DNA of 64,000 nt from an uncultured Chloroflexia bacterium (GTDB lineage: Bacteria > Chloroflexota > Limnocylindria > Limnocylindrales > CSP1-4): assembly GCA_963746845.1 (NCBI GenBank), contig CAVVCZ010000004.1:608001-672000 (forward strand), in the 5' to 3' direction. Both the position numbers and the translations under genes were made by a program. The notes beneath the pieces were generated by a model. It saw only the letters and a list, made by a program, of their open reading frames with translations. It ran no database searches and was not told the origin of the DNA. Shown here one piece after another: positions 1-10,199 of this stretch. Numbering within the stretch: the stretch's first letter is position 1; every line of letters begins with the position of its first letter.

Positions 1-138
1 GGCCTGGTGGTGGCGCTCATCTGGCCGTGGATCATGGGCCTGCTCGTCGTACGGCGCACCCGGCAGCGCCGTCAGAACGAGATCGACGATGAGGTCGCGA
101 AGCAGCTCGCGCAGCAGCAGAACAAGCCGCCCTCCTGA
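1..138 (+). CDS. 3' end of a membrane protein (partial, begins before window)
   Basis: Frame 1 reads GLVVALIWPWIMGLLVVRRTRQRRQNEIDDEVAKQLAQQQNKPPS-stop: TM helix plus charged tail. Confidence 0.6.
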   Translation, partial: GLVVALIWPWIMGLLVVRRTRQRRQNEIDDEVAKQLAQQQNKPPS

Positions 139-246
139 TCCCCGGGCCAGTCGCGCCGCAGGCCTGACGGCGGTTGAACGCGCCGGCGCCGCTGTTCTGG
201 AACGAACGCGCTACGCGTCCTCCGTGTCGACGGAGGTTCTCCGACC

Positions 247-759
247 TCAATACCCGTACTTGACGGGCGCGCTCGGGACGGGCGCCGCCGGGGAGGCATT
301 CGGCACCGGATCAGTCCCGCCGACCGTCGCGACCGAGAAGCCTTCCACGCCGTTGCCGGTCACATCGCCGGCCTTCGCGTCGCCCTGCCAGTAGTAGAGC
401 GGGAGGCCGCCGTAGGTGACCTGGGTCGTGCCGTCCGCGCGGGACGCCGTCCCGAGCTGTCCCGTGACTCCGGCCCCGGCCATCGGCTGACCCGTCGTTG
501 CGAGGGGCGGCCAGGCGGTGGCGCACGCGCCGGTGCACGTCGACGAGGTCGCGCTGTCACCGGCGTGGGTATAGAGCGTCATCCCGTTCGGCCCGGTCAG
601 GACCGTCCCGAAATTCGGTGAGCTGGCCGTCCCGACGATGACGCCGGCGGCGCTCGAGGCACCGCCATCAATCGCGGCGGGGCTGGCCCCGCTCGATGTA
701 CACGCCGCGACGACGAGGACGGCGGTGGCGAAGAGGGTGAGAACACGTGTCACGGACAT
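247..759 (-). CDS. Secreted repeat lipoprotein (COG4315 / Lipoprotein_15-like)
   Basis: Lipobox VAAC; GMTLYT..D, CTGACATAWPPL, QVTYGGLPLYYWQGD motifs. Confidence 0.85.
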   Translation of the reverse strand: MSVTRVLTLFATAVLVVAACTSSGASPAAIDGGASSAAGVIVGTASSPNFGTVLTGPNGMTLYTHAGDSATSSTCTGACATAWPPLATTGQPMAGAGVTGQLGTASRADGTTQVTYGGLPLYYWQGDAKAGDVTGNGVEGFSVATVGGTDPVPNASPAAPVPSAPVKYGY

Positions 760-948
760 GGACGAGACTCCGAGATGCGAAGCGAGCCAACCGTGACCCG
801 CTGCTCGATGTACGCGGGCGCCCGGGCTCGCGGTTTCGGCGCGAACCGCTGCCGGTACGCGGCGACCTCGGAACGCGCAACATACGGGCATCGGAGTGCT
901 CCGGTTGCGCCGGCCGCGGGATCCGTCTCGGAGTGGAGAGAGCCCGTC

Positions 949-1140
949 ATGGAGAAGCGCGTGATGGCCGCGACCACCGCGGCGTTGGTGGCCCTGCTTG
1001 TCCTCGCATTGCCGGCATCCGCCGAATCCGGGTACACCGGCGTGGCGGCCCAGATCGACTGGCGACTCGTCGTGATCTTCGTCCTGCTCGGCCTGCTGGC
1101 GTTCTTCGCCGTCCAGAAGCTCCTGAACCGCGGCCGCTAG
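949..1140 (+). CDS. Small membrane protein
   Basis: GGAG upstream of ATG; signal-like N-terminus and C-terminal TM helix. Confidence 0.55.
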   Translation: MEKRVMAATTAALVALLVLALPASAESGYTGVAAQIDWRLVVIFVLLGLLAFFAVQKLLNRGR

Positions 1141-1149
1141 GGTCGGGCT

Positions 1150-2178
1150 TTACCGCCGGCGTGGATCGACCTGGATCTTCGGGCCGGCCCAGGATGGGTC
1201 GCGGTTGCCCGCAAGGACCCCGGCGACGTCCGACAGGCCGACGACGGTCGCCACCAGCGGTGACGGGTCGACACGGCCCGTCGCGAACAGGTCGATCGCG
1301 CCGGGCAGGCCGGGCGACGCGCTGAGGATCCCGATGGCGGTCACGTCGTCGAGGACCAGCCGGCGGGTGTCGATCGGGCTCGGCTGACCGGCGAGGCCGA
1401 TGTAGACGACGCGGCGGCCCGGCTCGACGAGCGAGAGCGCACGCGCCGGCGACTCCCGGTCGGTCGAGGCATCGATCACGCCAGCGAACCGCGTCGTCGG
1501 CGGATCGTCGACCGACCAGGTGCGCTCGAAGCCCAGCGTGCGCGCGAAGGCGAGCGACGACGAACTTCGTCCGAGCAGCTCGACCTCGACGCCGTCGGCC
1601 CGCGCGATCATCGCGGCGAGCAGCCCGATCGTGCCCGGACCGATGACGAGGAGCCGCTCGCCGGGAGCCACCGCCGCCGCGTCGACCGCGCGCCAGGCGT
1701 TGCCGCCCGGCTCGACGAGCGCGCCGACGCCGGCGTCCAGCTCGGTCGGCAGGGCGCGGAGCGATGACGCGGGCACGCGCAGCTGCTCGGCCAGCGCCCC
1801 CGGCCAGCCGCTGCGGATCCCGACCTCGAACCGATCGGCGCAGAGATGCTGGCGGCCTCCTCGGCATCGCCCGCAGACGCCGCAGCCCAGCATCGTGTCG
1901 CCGGTGACGCGTCGCCCGAGCCATGACCGCTCGACGCCGTCACCGAGCGCGGACACGATCCCCGTCCATTCGTGGCCGATCCGGATCGGGTACGCCGCCT
2001 CGCCCGTGTCGAGATAGGCCATCTCACCGGTGAAGAACTCGACGTCCGTGCCGCACACGCCGACCCGATCGATGTCGACGACGACCTCGCCCGGCCCGGC
2101 CGACGGGCGCTCGACCGCCCGGACCTCAGCGACACGCGGTCCGGTGATGACGAACGCCCGCATCGGCTTTCCGCGCAT
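1150..2178 (-). CDS. Zinc-binding alcohol dehydrogenase (MDR family)
   Basis: GVCGTD, GHEWTG, CGVCGRC..C structural Zn site, GPGTIG Rossmann motif; TACCCT -10 six nt upstream of ATG. Confidence 0.92.
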   Translation of the reverse strand: MRGKPMRAFVITGPRVAEVRAVERPSAGPGEVVVDIDRVGVCGTDVEFFTGEMAYLDTGEAAYPIRIGHEWTGIVSALGDGVERSWLGRRVTGDTMLGCGVCGRCRGGRQHLCADRFEVGIRSGWPGALAEQLRVPASSLRALPTELDAGVGALVEPGGNAWRAVDAAAVAPGERLLVIGPGTIGLLAAMIARADGVEVELLGRSSSSLAFARTLGFERTWSVDDPPTTRFAGVIDASTDRESPARALSLVEPGRRVVYIGLAGQPSPIDTRRLVLDDVTAIGILSASPGLPGAIDLFATGRVDPSPLVATVVGLSDVAGVLAGNRDPSWAGPKIQVDPRRR

Positions 2179-2207
2179 GCTTCGAGGGTAGCGGCGACAA
2201 TCCGCCC

Positions 2208-3200
2208 GTGGAGCGCCGTCGTCGTCGCGACCTCAGCCGCCTGGTCTGCGCCGTCGCGATCGTGACGGCGCTGATCGCGGCGTGCGGCGACGACACCGTC
2301 CCGACCACGACGCCGGGCGATGGGGTCGTCCCGACCGGGCCTGTCGCGTCGCTCCCGGCCGTGGCCGAGGCCACCCGGCCCCCGACGCCGACGCCCCGCT
2401 CACCGAGTCCGGAGCCGAGCCCGTCGCCCACCGCGCGCGCCACGCCGACCCCGACGCCGACGCCGACACCGACGGCCGCCCCCCAGACGGCCGAGGCGCC
2501 GACCTGCGCCGGCGCCGAGTCGAGTGGCCGGGGCGGCGTCGTCACCGCCGCGTCCCAGAACTGGGCGGGCTACATCGTCCATGAGGCCGGGTCACGCGTC
2601 GTCTGCGTCCAGGCCCGCTGGACCGAGCCGAAGCTGAGCTGTCCGTCGAAGGGCGATCGGAGCGTCGCGATCTGGGTCGGGATCGATGGCGCCGGGCCCG
2701 TGACCAGGGCACGTCCGCTCATCCAGCTCGGGACGTGGGGCTACTGCCACAACGGGGTCGAGAGCCACTACGGGTGGCACGAGGTCTATCCGGTGCAGCC
2801 GTTCAGCGTGCCGTTCGCGACGACCGTCCACCCCGGTGACCGGATGGCCGCCGCGGTTGTCTTCCGGCAGCGGGCGTTCACGCTCACCCTGGTCAATCTG
2901 ACGACGGGTCGGAGCGTCGAGGTCGTCGAGCACGCCCCGAAGGCCGTGCGCGGCACCGCCGAGTGGATCGTCGAGGCGCCGACCGGCGGCTGCCCGAAGT
3001 CGTGCCGCCAGCTGAGTCTCCCGGGGTTCGCGCCTGTCCACTTCACCGCCGCGCGGGCGACGCTCGGCTCGAAGGTCGCCGGGGTCGACGGCCCCTGGAC
3101 GCGGGAGCAGACGACGATGGAATCACGGCGCGGGACGACGCTGGCCCGGGTCGGGCCCGTCGCCGGCTCCGGTGAGGCCTTCACGGTCAGTCGCCCGTAG
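2208..3200 (+). CDS. G1 family glutamic endopeptidase lipoprotein
   Basis: LIAAC lipobox, Pro/Thr linker, SQNWAGY, WVGIDG, LIQLGT (catalytic Gln), AEWIVEAP (catalytic Glu). Confidence 0.85.
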   Translation: MERRRRRDLSRLVCAVAIVTALIAACGDDTVPTTTPGDGVVPTGPVASLPAVAEATRPPTPTPRSPSPEPSPSPTARATPTPTPTPTPTAAPQTAEAPTCAGAESSGRGGVVTAASQNWAGYIVHEAGSRVVCVQARWTEPKLSCPSKGDRSVAIWVGIDGAGPVTRARPLIQLGTWGYCHNGVESHYGWHEVYPVQPFSVPFATTVHPGDRMAAAVVFRQRAFTLTLVNLTTGRSVEVVEHAPKAVRGTAEWIVEAPTGGCPKSCRQLSLPGFAPVHFTAARATLGSKVAGVDGPWTREQTTMESRRGTTLARVGPVAGSGEAFTVSRP

Positions 3201-3386
3201 GCGAGGCGCGCCGGGCTGCGTGCCACTGATCCGGTCGGCCCGGTCCGCCGTATCCATGGGTGCGACCCACGTCGGCCCGGGCCGGCGACGTCGCCCCGAT
3301 CGAGCTCACACCTGGGGACCGAGGCCCCGCGACCAACCCTCCGAGTCGCGGGGCCTCGTCGTGCCCGGAGCCGCTAGGCTTCGACC

Positions 3387-4904
3387 ATGGCGACCGTGGA
3401 TCGAACCCGCGCGGGACGTGACGTCGAGCTCTCGACGGAGCAGCTCGACGGCCTGGGTGACATGTCCCCCGAGTCGTTCCGCGCGGCTGCCCACCGGATC
3501 GTCGACGAGATGGCCGACTACCTGGCGGGGGTCGAGGAGTTCGCCATCCTGCCGCCGATCGGTCCCGGGTCGGTCGCGGAACGGCTGCCGCCGTCACCGC
3601 CGGACGCGCCGGAGAGCCTCGAGGCGATCCTTGCCGACTATCACGCGCTGATCGAGTCGAACGCCACGCACTGGCAGCATCCCGGGTTCCTCGCCTACTT
3701 CGCGTCGACCGCCTCGGGTGCCGGGATCCTCGGCGAGATGCTCATCGCCGCCCTCGGCCAGAACACCATGCTCTGGCGTACGTCACCGAGTGGCACCGAG
3801 CTCGAGCAGGTCGTGGTCGACTGGCTGCGTCAGGCGCTCGGGCTGCCCGAAGGATTCGATGGCCTGTTGACCGACACGGCATCGACGTCGTCGCTGATCG
3901 CGCTCGCGGCTGCGCGGCAGGCTGCAGGGATCGACGCCGCGGTGGCGGGACTCGCCGGGCGACCGGACGTGCCCGCGCTCCGCGTCTACGCCTCGGAGCA
4001 GGCCCATTCCTCGATCGACAAGGCGTGCATGACGCTCGGACTCGGGCGGGCGTCGCTGGTCCATGTCCCGACGAACACCGTGTTCGAGATGCGCCCCGAC
4101 GCGCTCGAGGCCGCGATCGCCGCGGATCGAGCCGCCGGCCACCGGCCGATCGCCGTCGTCGCAACGGTCGGCACGACGTCGTCCACCTCGGTCGACCCGG
4201 TCGCGGTCATCGCCGACATCGCCGACCGAGAGGGTCTGTGGCTCCACGTGGACGCCGCCTACGCCGGGGCGGTCGCGATCGACCCCGGGCTCCGTGCCCC
4301 GTTCCGCGGCTGGGAGCGCGCTGACTCGATCGTCGTCAACCCGCACAAGTGGCTCTGGACGCCGGTCGACGCCTCGCTCCTCCTGAGCCGCCGCCTGGAC
4401 GTCGTCCGTGACGCGTTCAGCCTCGTCCCGGAGTACCTGCGCACGGTCGACGGGATCGGCGACGGCACGGAGCGCAACTTCCACGAGTACACGCCCCAGC
4501 TCGGCCGTCGGTTCCGGGCCCTGAAAGTGTGGATCCTGCTCCGCTGGTTCGGCCTGGACGGGCTCCGGCGGCGGATCCGCCATCACCTCGCGCTTGCCGC
4601 AGAGCTCGCTGCGTGGGTGGACGCTGCGCCCGACTGGGAGCGAGTGGCGCCCGTCCCCTTCTCGACGGTCTGCTTCCGGCACGTACCGGCGTCGCTGGCG
4701 GGTGACGCCGCCGCCATCGATGCCCACAACGCCGCCGTGATGGAGGCCGTCAACCGATCCGGCGAGGTGTTCCTCAGCCACACGAAGCTGAACGACCAGT
4801 TCGTGATCCGCGTCGCGATCGGCAATCTGCGCACGGAACGCCGGCACGTGGCTCGGGCCTGGGAGCTGCTCCAGGCGGCAGGGGAGGAGGTCGCACCGCG
4901 ATGA
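3387..4904 (+). CDS. Group II PLP-dependent (aromatic-L-amino-acid-type) decarboxylase
   Basis: THWQHPGFLAYF, HSSIDKA, WLHVDAAYAG, NPHKWL (PLP Lys), LGRRFRALK. Confidence 0.93.
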   Translation: MATVDRTRAGRDVELSTEQLDGLGDMSPESFRAAAHRIVDEMADYLAGVEEFAILPPIGPGSVAERLPPSPPDAPESLEAILADYHALIESNATHWQHPGFLAYFASTASGAGILGEMLIAALGQNTMLWRTSPSGTELEQVVVDWLRQALGLPEGFDGLLTDTASTSSLIALAAARQAAGIDAAVAGLAGRPDVPALRVYASEQAHSSIDKACMTLGLGRASLVHVPTNTVFEMRPDALEAAIAADRAAGHRPIAVVATVGTTSSTSVDPVAVIADIADREGLWLHVDAAYAGAVAIDPGLRAPFRGWERADSIVVNPHKWLWTPVDASLLLSRRLDVVRDAFSLVPEYLRTVDGIGDGTERNFHEYTPQLGRRFRALKVWILLRWFGLDGLRRRIRHHLALAAELAAWVDAAPDWERVAPVPFSTVCFRHVPASLAGDAAAIDAHNAAVMEAVNRSGEVFLSHTKLNDQFVIRVAIGNLRTERRHVARAWELLQAAGEEVAPR

Positions 4905-5260
4905 GCGCCGAACCGGTCACGGTCCTGTACTTCTACCGGACGCGCTGGGGCGCGCACGACGAGTTCGTGACGCTGTTCCGGAAGAACCACTGGCCGATCC
5001 TTCGTGAGCAGCTCGGGGACGGGCGGTTCACGACGGTCGAGCTGTCGACCCCGCGGTTCCACGGCGACGGCCGGGCCGACTGGGACGTCCTCGTCTCGAT
5101 CACCTACCGCGACTGGGCCGCGATGGAGGCGCACAGCGAAGCGGAGATCGCGGCCCGGCTCTACCCGGACCAGGCGACGTTCAAGCGCGAGGAGGAGCGC
5201 CGGTTCGAGCTGCTGGAGGCGCACTGGGACGTGCCGCTGGAGCGACGGCCGCTCGACTAG
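4901..5260 (+). CDS. Hypothetical protein (possible dimeric alpha-beta barrel)
   Basis: ATGA overlap with the decarboxylase stop; typical codon usage. Confidence 0.65.
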   Translation: MSAEPVTVLYFYRTRWGAHDEFVTLFRKNHWPILREQLGDGRFTTVELSTPRFHGDGRADWDVLVSITYRDWAAMEAHSEAEIAARLYPDQATFKREEERRFELLEAHWDVPLERRPLD

Positions 5261-5356
5261 GCGGGCGAGGAGCGGACGACGAGGCAGCCCGCCCCGGCGC
5301 GGCCCCGCGCATGGCATCATCGGGGCGTCGTCGTATCAGCGGAGGTCGCCTCGCCC

Positions 5357-5743
5357 GTGCCACCGATCGGAGAGCTGACGAGGATCGAGCAGGTCCATCT
5401 CGACCGGCTCGAGCACCAGGGAATCTTCACCACGGGCCTCCTGCTCGAGGTCAGCGAGACCGTGACGCGCCGTCAGACCCTGGCGGACCAGGTGAAGGCC
5501 ACGACGAACGACGTCCTGACCTGGCGCGACGAGGCCCAGATGCTCAACCTCGCGAGCTTCGGACCCGACGACCACCAGCTCCTGATGCAGTCCGGGATCG
5601 ACGGCCTCCACGACATCCTCGGTCTCGACCTGGACGCCTTTCGCGCGCGCCTGGCGCGAGGCGCGGACGAGCTGAAGATGGAGCTGCCGGCGGACCTGAC
5701 GATCTCCGGCTGGTGGGAGCAGGCACGGACCCTCGAGGACTGA
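5357..5743 (+). CDS. DUF4332-like (HhH-related) protein
   Basis: GGAGG RBS; LEHQGIFTTGLLLE...W.EQARTL pattern. Confidence 0.7.
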   Translation: MPPIGELTRIEQVHLDRLEHQGIFTTGLLLEVSETVTRRQTLADQVKATTNDVLTWRDEAQMLNLASFGPDDHQLLMQSGIDGLHDILGLDLDAFRARLARGADELKMELPADLTISGWWEQARTLED

Positions 5744-5792
5744 CCCGCCGGCGCGTTCGCGCCCGGAGACGACCCCGGCTTACCATTCGCCG

Positions 5793-6515
5793 GTGACACG
5801 GAGCATCCCCGAGCGGGTTGCGGCGTTCCTGACGGGTCTCGCCGCCGTCGTCGTCGTGATCGCACTGGCGATCCTGCCGTTCCTGACGCCGGCCTGGGTC
5901 TCGTTCGAGCAGGGCCGCGCCCAGGCGGCAGCCTGGACGGGCTACAGCGAGGCCGACCTGTCCACCGCGACGGATGCGATCCTCCACGATCTCGTGATCG
6001 GGCCGCCGGACTTCGCCGTCGAGGTCGCCGGTGCCCCGGTCCTCGAGGCGCGCGAACAGGCCCACATGCGCGACGTCCGCGGCGTCTTCGCCGAGTTCTA
6101 CGCGCTGGCCCTGGTCGCCGCCGTCGGCCTGGTGGTCCTCGTCGTCGGTGCCTACCGCCGCGGTCATCCCGAGCGGGCGTGGCGGGCGATCGCGACGGGC
6201 ATGAAGTGGCTCGCCGTCGGAGTCGTGGTCGCGGGCGTGATCGCGACGTTCTTCTTCGACCAGGCCTTCGAGATCTTCCACGAGCTGTTCTTCCCGAGCG
6301 GCTCGTACACGTTCGACCCGCGGACGGATCGGCTCGTCCAGCTCTTCCCGTTCGACTTCTGGTCCGAGACGACGATCGTCCTCGGGGTGGTGATCCTCGC
6401 CGCGGCCGGGGTCATCTGGCTCGTCGCGCGCCACCTGGGCCGGGTGCCCGTGGACGTCCCCGCCACGGCGACGACGACGGCTCCGCTCGCACCGACCGGC
6501 GAGCGGGTCGGATGA
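5793..6515 (+). CDS. TIGR01906/DUF1461 family membrane protein (Lit-like)
   Basis: REQAHMRDVR, FEIFHELFF, FDPRTDRLVQLFP motifs; 4 TM helices. Confidence 0.85.
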   Translation: MTRSIPERVAAFLTGLAAVVVVIALAILPFLTPAWVSFEQGRAQAAAWTGYSEADLSTATDAILHDLVIGPPDFAVEVAGAPVLEAREQAHMRDVRGVFAEFYALALVAAVGLVVLVVGAYRRGHPERAWRAIATGMKWLAVGVVVAGVIATFFFDQAFEIFHELFFPSGSYTFDPRTDRLVQLFPFDFWSETTIVLGVVILAAAGVIWLVARHLGRVPVDVPATATTTAPLAPTGERVG

Positions 6516-7642
6516 ACGGCGTCCCGATCGCCCGGATCTTCGGGTTCGAGGTCCGTCTCCACCTCTCCTGGCTGTTCATCATCGCGATCATCACGGTCAC
6601 GGTTGCCCAGCGCCTGGCCACGTTCCAGCCGGACCTCGTCGCGCCGATGGGCTGGGTCATCGGCCTCGCGGGATCCCTCGGGTTCATGCTGACGGTCATC
6701 GCCCACGAGCTCGCCCATGCGGTCGTCGCCCGGCGCGACGGGACCGAGGGCGCGATGGTGGTCGTCCACTTCATCGGGTCGCCGACGGCGGTCGACGTCG
6801 TGGCGAGCTCGGCGCGTGCCGAGGCCGCCGTCGCCATCGCGGGACCGGCCGTGAGCGCGGTCATCGGCCTCGCGCTCACGGGTCTGGCGCTCGCCGTGCT
6901 GGCGGTCGACGCGTCCCTCGAGCCGCTCGCGGATCTCCTCGCGATCATCGGCGTCCTCGACCTGATCCTCGCGGGCATCAGCCTGGTCCCCTCGTTCCCC
7001 CTCGATGGCGGCCGGATCGTGCGGGCGATCGCCTGGGCGAGGTCCGGCGACCAGCGCCGGGGCACCAGGGCCGCCGGAACCGTCGGTCGGTGGACGGGCC
7101 GGAGCCTGCTGATCGTCGGCTTGGCGATCATCCTGGCCGACGACATCGTCGACGGGATCATGGTCGGCCTCGTCGGCTGGTTCCTGATGGCGTCGTCGCG
7201 GTCGGTCGATCGCTGGCTGGCCCTCGACGACCTCGTCCAGGGGATCCGGGTCGGCGACGCCATGGAGCCCACGCTCGAGACGATCTCGCCGCAGCTCACG
7301 CTCGATACGTTCGCGTCGTCGATGCTCAACGGGACGGTCGGCCCGGCGCTTCCGGTGATCCGGGACGACGCGGTGGTCGGGATCGTGGGCACCGCGCAGG
7401 TCCGGATGGTGCCCCAGAGGAACTGGCCGTCCACGCGGACGGAGGACGTGATGGTCGGCGGCGACGCTCTCCCGGTCGCGAGCCCGGATGACACGCTGAC
7501 CGACGCACTGGAGCGGCTGCGGCTGTCGCACCTCGACGGGCTGCCCGTCCTGGACGGGACGGTCCTTCGCGGCGTCCTCACCCGGCGTTCGATCGCGGCG
7601 ATCCTGCACGCGCGGGCCGAGGCCAAGGGCCAGGCGCTGTGA
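6512..7642 (+). CDS. Site-2 protease (M50) with C-terminal CBS pair
   Basis: HELAH, AIAGPAVS, PSFPLDGGR, two CBS-like repeats; ATGA overlap. Confidence 0.9.
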   Translation: MNGVPIARIFGFEVRLHLSWLFIIAIITVTVAQRLATFQPDLVAPMGWVIGLAGSLGFMLTVIAHELAHAVVARRDGTEGAMVVVHFIGSPTAVDVVASSARAEAAVAIAGPAVSAVIGLALTGLALAVLAVDASLEPLADLLAIIGVLDLILAGISLVPSFPLDGGRIVRAIAWARSGDQRRGTRAAGTVGRWTGRSLLIVGLAIILADDIVDGIMVGLVGWFLMASSRSVDRWLALDDLVQGIRVGDAMEPTLETISPQLTLDTFASSMLNGTVGPALPVIRDDAVVGIVGTAQVRMVPQRNWPSTRTEDVMVGGDALPVASPDDTLTDALERLRLSHLDGLPVLDGTVLRGVLTRRSIAAILHARAEAKGQAL

Positions 7643-7649
7643 GCCGCCG

Positions 7650-8999
7650 GTGACCGCCGCCGGGGAGCGGCTCCTCAGTGTGGAGGAGGCGCGCGCCGCG
7701 GTCCTCGCCGCGGTCCCGGGTCCGACGGAGTCCGAGCACGCGTTCGTCTCGGAGGCGCGCGGCCGGGTCCTGGCCGAGGACGTGATGAGCCTGACCGCGC
7801 TTCCGCCCTGGGACAACTCGGCGATGGACGGATACGCGATCCGGGCCGCCGATGTGGCCAGCGCGACGGAGACCGAACCGATCCAGCTCGACGTGATCGG
7901 CGAGGTCCGGGCCGGCGCGGCCCCGGAGACGACCGTGAATCGCGGGACCGCGATCCGGATCGCCACGGGGGCCCCGGTGCCGCCCGGAGCCGACACGGTC
8001 GTCCAGGTCGAGCTGACGACGCCCGCCACCGCCGATGGGACGCCCACCGGCGAGCGGGGCCGGGTCGCTGCCGGGTCGCTGCCGGTGGCGGTTCTGGTCC
8101 ATGCGGCCCTCGCGGCCGGAACCAGCATCCGGCGCGCCGGCGACGACCTGCCCGAGGCGGCGACGATCCTGTCGGCCGGGACGCGTCTGACGCCGGCCGC
8201 GATCGCCCTGATCGCGGGTTCCGGCAACGATGCGGTGCAGGTCCACCGACGGCCGCGGATCGCGATCCTCGCGACGGGGGACGAGGTCCGGCCGGCGGGT
8301 CGCGAGCTGGGTCCGGCGGGCATCCCCGACGCCAACGGACCGGGGCTCGCGGCGCTGGCCGAGGAGGCCGGCGCGGTCGGCTTCAACTACGGGATCGCCG
8401 CCGACCGGCTGGAGGATGTCCGCGCGCGACTGCGCGCCTCGCTGGCGGGCGAGGTCGAGGCGTTGATCGTGTCGGGCGGCGTCTCGGTCGGACCGTACGA
8501 CGTCGTCCGGGCCGCCTTCGAGGAGGTCGGCCGGATGGAGCTGTGGCGGGTGGCCGTCCAGCCCGGCAAGCCGTTCGCGTTCGGGGTCGTGGATCGCCGG
8601 GACGGCGGGCGGACGCTCCTGTTCGGGTTGCCCGGAAACCCGGTCTCGACGTTCGTGACCTTCGAGCTGTTCGTCCGACCGGCGATCCGCGCGCTGTCCG
8701 GCATCCCGGCGAACCGCCTCCTGCGGTCGACGGATCGGGCGATCCTGCGCGACGACGTGTCCAAGAGCCCGGGCCGGCGGGCCTACCTCCGGGTCGTGAC
8801 CGAGCGGGATTCGGCGGGATCGACCGTCCGCGACAAGGACGGCCGCGTCCCCGTCCGTCTGGCCGGCGGCGGACGCGGGCAGGGCAGTCATGTCCTGTCG
8901 GCGCTGGCGCTGGCGGACGCGCTCGCGATCGTGCCGGAGAGCGTCGACGCGCTGCCCGCCGGTTCGCCGGTCGACCTGTGGTGGCTCGACCGCGACTGA
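7650..8999 (+). CDS. moeA: Molybdopterin molybdenumtransferase
   Basis: PPWDNSAMDGYA, RIATGAPVP, SGGVSVG.YD, QPGKP, GLPGNPVS. Confidence 0.95.
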   Translation: MTAAGERLLSVEEARAAVLAAVPGPTESEHAFVSEARGRVLAEDVMSLTALPPWDNSAMDGYAIRAADVASATETEPIQLDVIGEVRAGAAPETTVNRGTAIRIATGAPVPPGADTVVQVELTTPATADGTPTGERGRVAAGSLPVAVLVHAALAAGTSIRRAGDDLPEAATILSAGTRLTPAAIALIAGSGNDAVQVHRRPRIAILATGDEVRPAGRELGPAGIPDANGPGLAALAEEAGAVGFNYGIAADRLEDVRARLRASLAGEVEALIVSGGVSVGPYDVVRAAFEEVGRMELWRVAVQPGKPFAFGVVDRRDGGRTLLFGLPGNPVSTFVTFELFVRPAIRALSGIPANRLLRSTDRAILRDDVSKSPGRRAYLRVVTERDSAGSTVRDKDGRVPVRLAGGGRGQGSHVLSALALADALAIVPESVDALPAGSPVDLWWLDRD

Positions 9000-9045
9000 C
9001 GGCACACCGCGCCGAGGCGGCACCCGAGCGCCGATACTACGGGCC

Positions 9046-9672
9046 ATGGCCAAGGACCCCACCCCCCGCGTCGAGCGGCGCCGCCTGACCCATGTCGATC
9101 GGCGCGGACGGCCGCGGATGGTCGACGTCTCGGAGAAGCCATTGACGGCTCGCCGTGCCGTGGCGGAGGCGGCCGTGGCCGTCAGCGACGAGACGATGAG
9201 CCTCGTGATCGACGGCGGCGGGCCGAAGGGTGACGTCCTGGGCGTCGCGGAGCTCGCCGGCGTCATGGGGGGCAAGCGGACGAGCGAGCTGATCCCGCTG
9301 TGTCATCCGCTCGCGCTCACCGACCTCGTCGTCGCCGTGACGCCGGATCGCGCCGGCGGCGTCCTGCGGGTCCGCGCCGAGGCCGCGACGACCGGTCCGA
9401 CCGGGGTCGAGATGGAGGCGCTCACGGCGGCGAGCGTCGCGGCGCTGACGATCTACGACATGGTCAAGGGCGTCGAACGCGGCGTCGAGATCCGCTCGGT
9501 CCGGCTGGTCTCGAAGACCGGCGGAAAGAGCGGGGAGTGGCACCGGCCGGCGGACCAGGCGGCGGGGAGCGGTGGATCCGGCGGTCCCGGCACGCCGTCC
9601 GGGCGCCATCGCCCGGGGGCACGGACGGCCGGCCGGATCGGGGGGCCGAAGCGACACGGGTCGAACGGGTGA
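9046..9672 (+). CDS. moaC: Cyclic pyranopterin monophosphate synthase
   Basis: LTHVD..G.PRMVDVSEK, LIPLCHPL, TGVEMEALT, KTGGKSG. Confidence 0.95.
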   Translation: MAKDPTPRVERRRLTHVDRRGRPRMVDVSEKPLTARRAVAEAAVAVSDETMSLVIDGGGPKGDVLGVAELAGVMGGKRTSELIPLCHPLALTDLVVAVTPDRAGGVLRVRAEAATTGPTGVEMEALTAASVAALTIYDMVKGVERGVEIRSVRLVSKTGGKSGEWHRPADQAAGSGGSGGPGTPSGRHRPGARTAGRIGGPKRHGSNG

Positions 9673-10199
9673 CCGAAGACGCGGGCGCGAAACGCACGGC
9701 GTTGGTGCTCACCGCCAGCGACCGCAGTGCGGCCGGCACCCGCGAGGACGCGAGCGGTGACGCGCTCGCCGAGCGATTGACCGGGCTCGGGTTCACGGTC
9801 GAGCGGGAGGTCGTGCCGGATGACCGCGCCCGGATCGCCGCGCGGCTCCGCGCCGCCGCCGAGCGCCACCCGCTCGTCGTCACGACCGGCGGGACAGGCC
9901 TCACGCCGCGCGACGTGACCCCGCAGGCGACGCTCGACGTCGTCGACTACGAGGTGCCGGGGCTGGCCGAGGCGATGCGCGCCGACGGCCGGGCGAAGAC
10001 GCCGTTCGCCTCGTTGAGCCGCTCGGTCGCGGGGGTGTGCGGGCACACCCTGATCGTGAACACGCCCGGCAGCCCGAAGGCGGCCCTCGAGTCGCTCGAC
10101 GCGATCGTGCCGGTGCTCGACCACGCCCTGGAGACGCTCGCCGGGCCGTTCGACCACGGGGCGGGGCTCGGCACCGCCACCGGCAGCGAGGTCCTGTAG
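9669..10199 (+). CDS. Molybdopterin adenylyltransferase (MoaB/Mog family)
   Basis: LTASDR, TTGGTGLTPRDVTP, NTPGSPKA; GTGA overlap. Confidence 0.9.
   Translation: MTEDAGAKRTALVLTASDRSAAGTREDASGDALAERLTGLGFTVEREVVPDDRARIAARLRAAAERHPLVVTTGGTGLTPRDVTPQATLDVVDYEVPGLAEAMRADGRAKTPFASLSRSVAGVCGHTLIVNTPGSPKAALESLDAIVPVLDHALETLAGPFDHGAGLGTATGSEVL

Noticed and set aside
766-933. TCTCGGAGT occurring in inverted orientation upstream of both divergent genes
   Set aside because: Only 9 bp, overlaps probable GGAG ribosome-binding sites, and upstream spacing is inconsistent.
2386-2475. CCGACG-type short tandem repeats (also near 28140-28290)
   Set aside because: They encode Pro/Thr/Ser linkers of lipoproteins.
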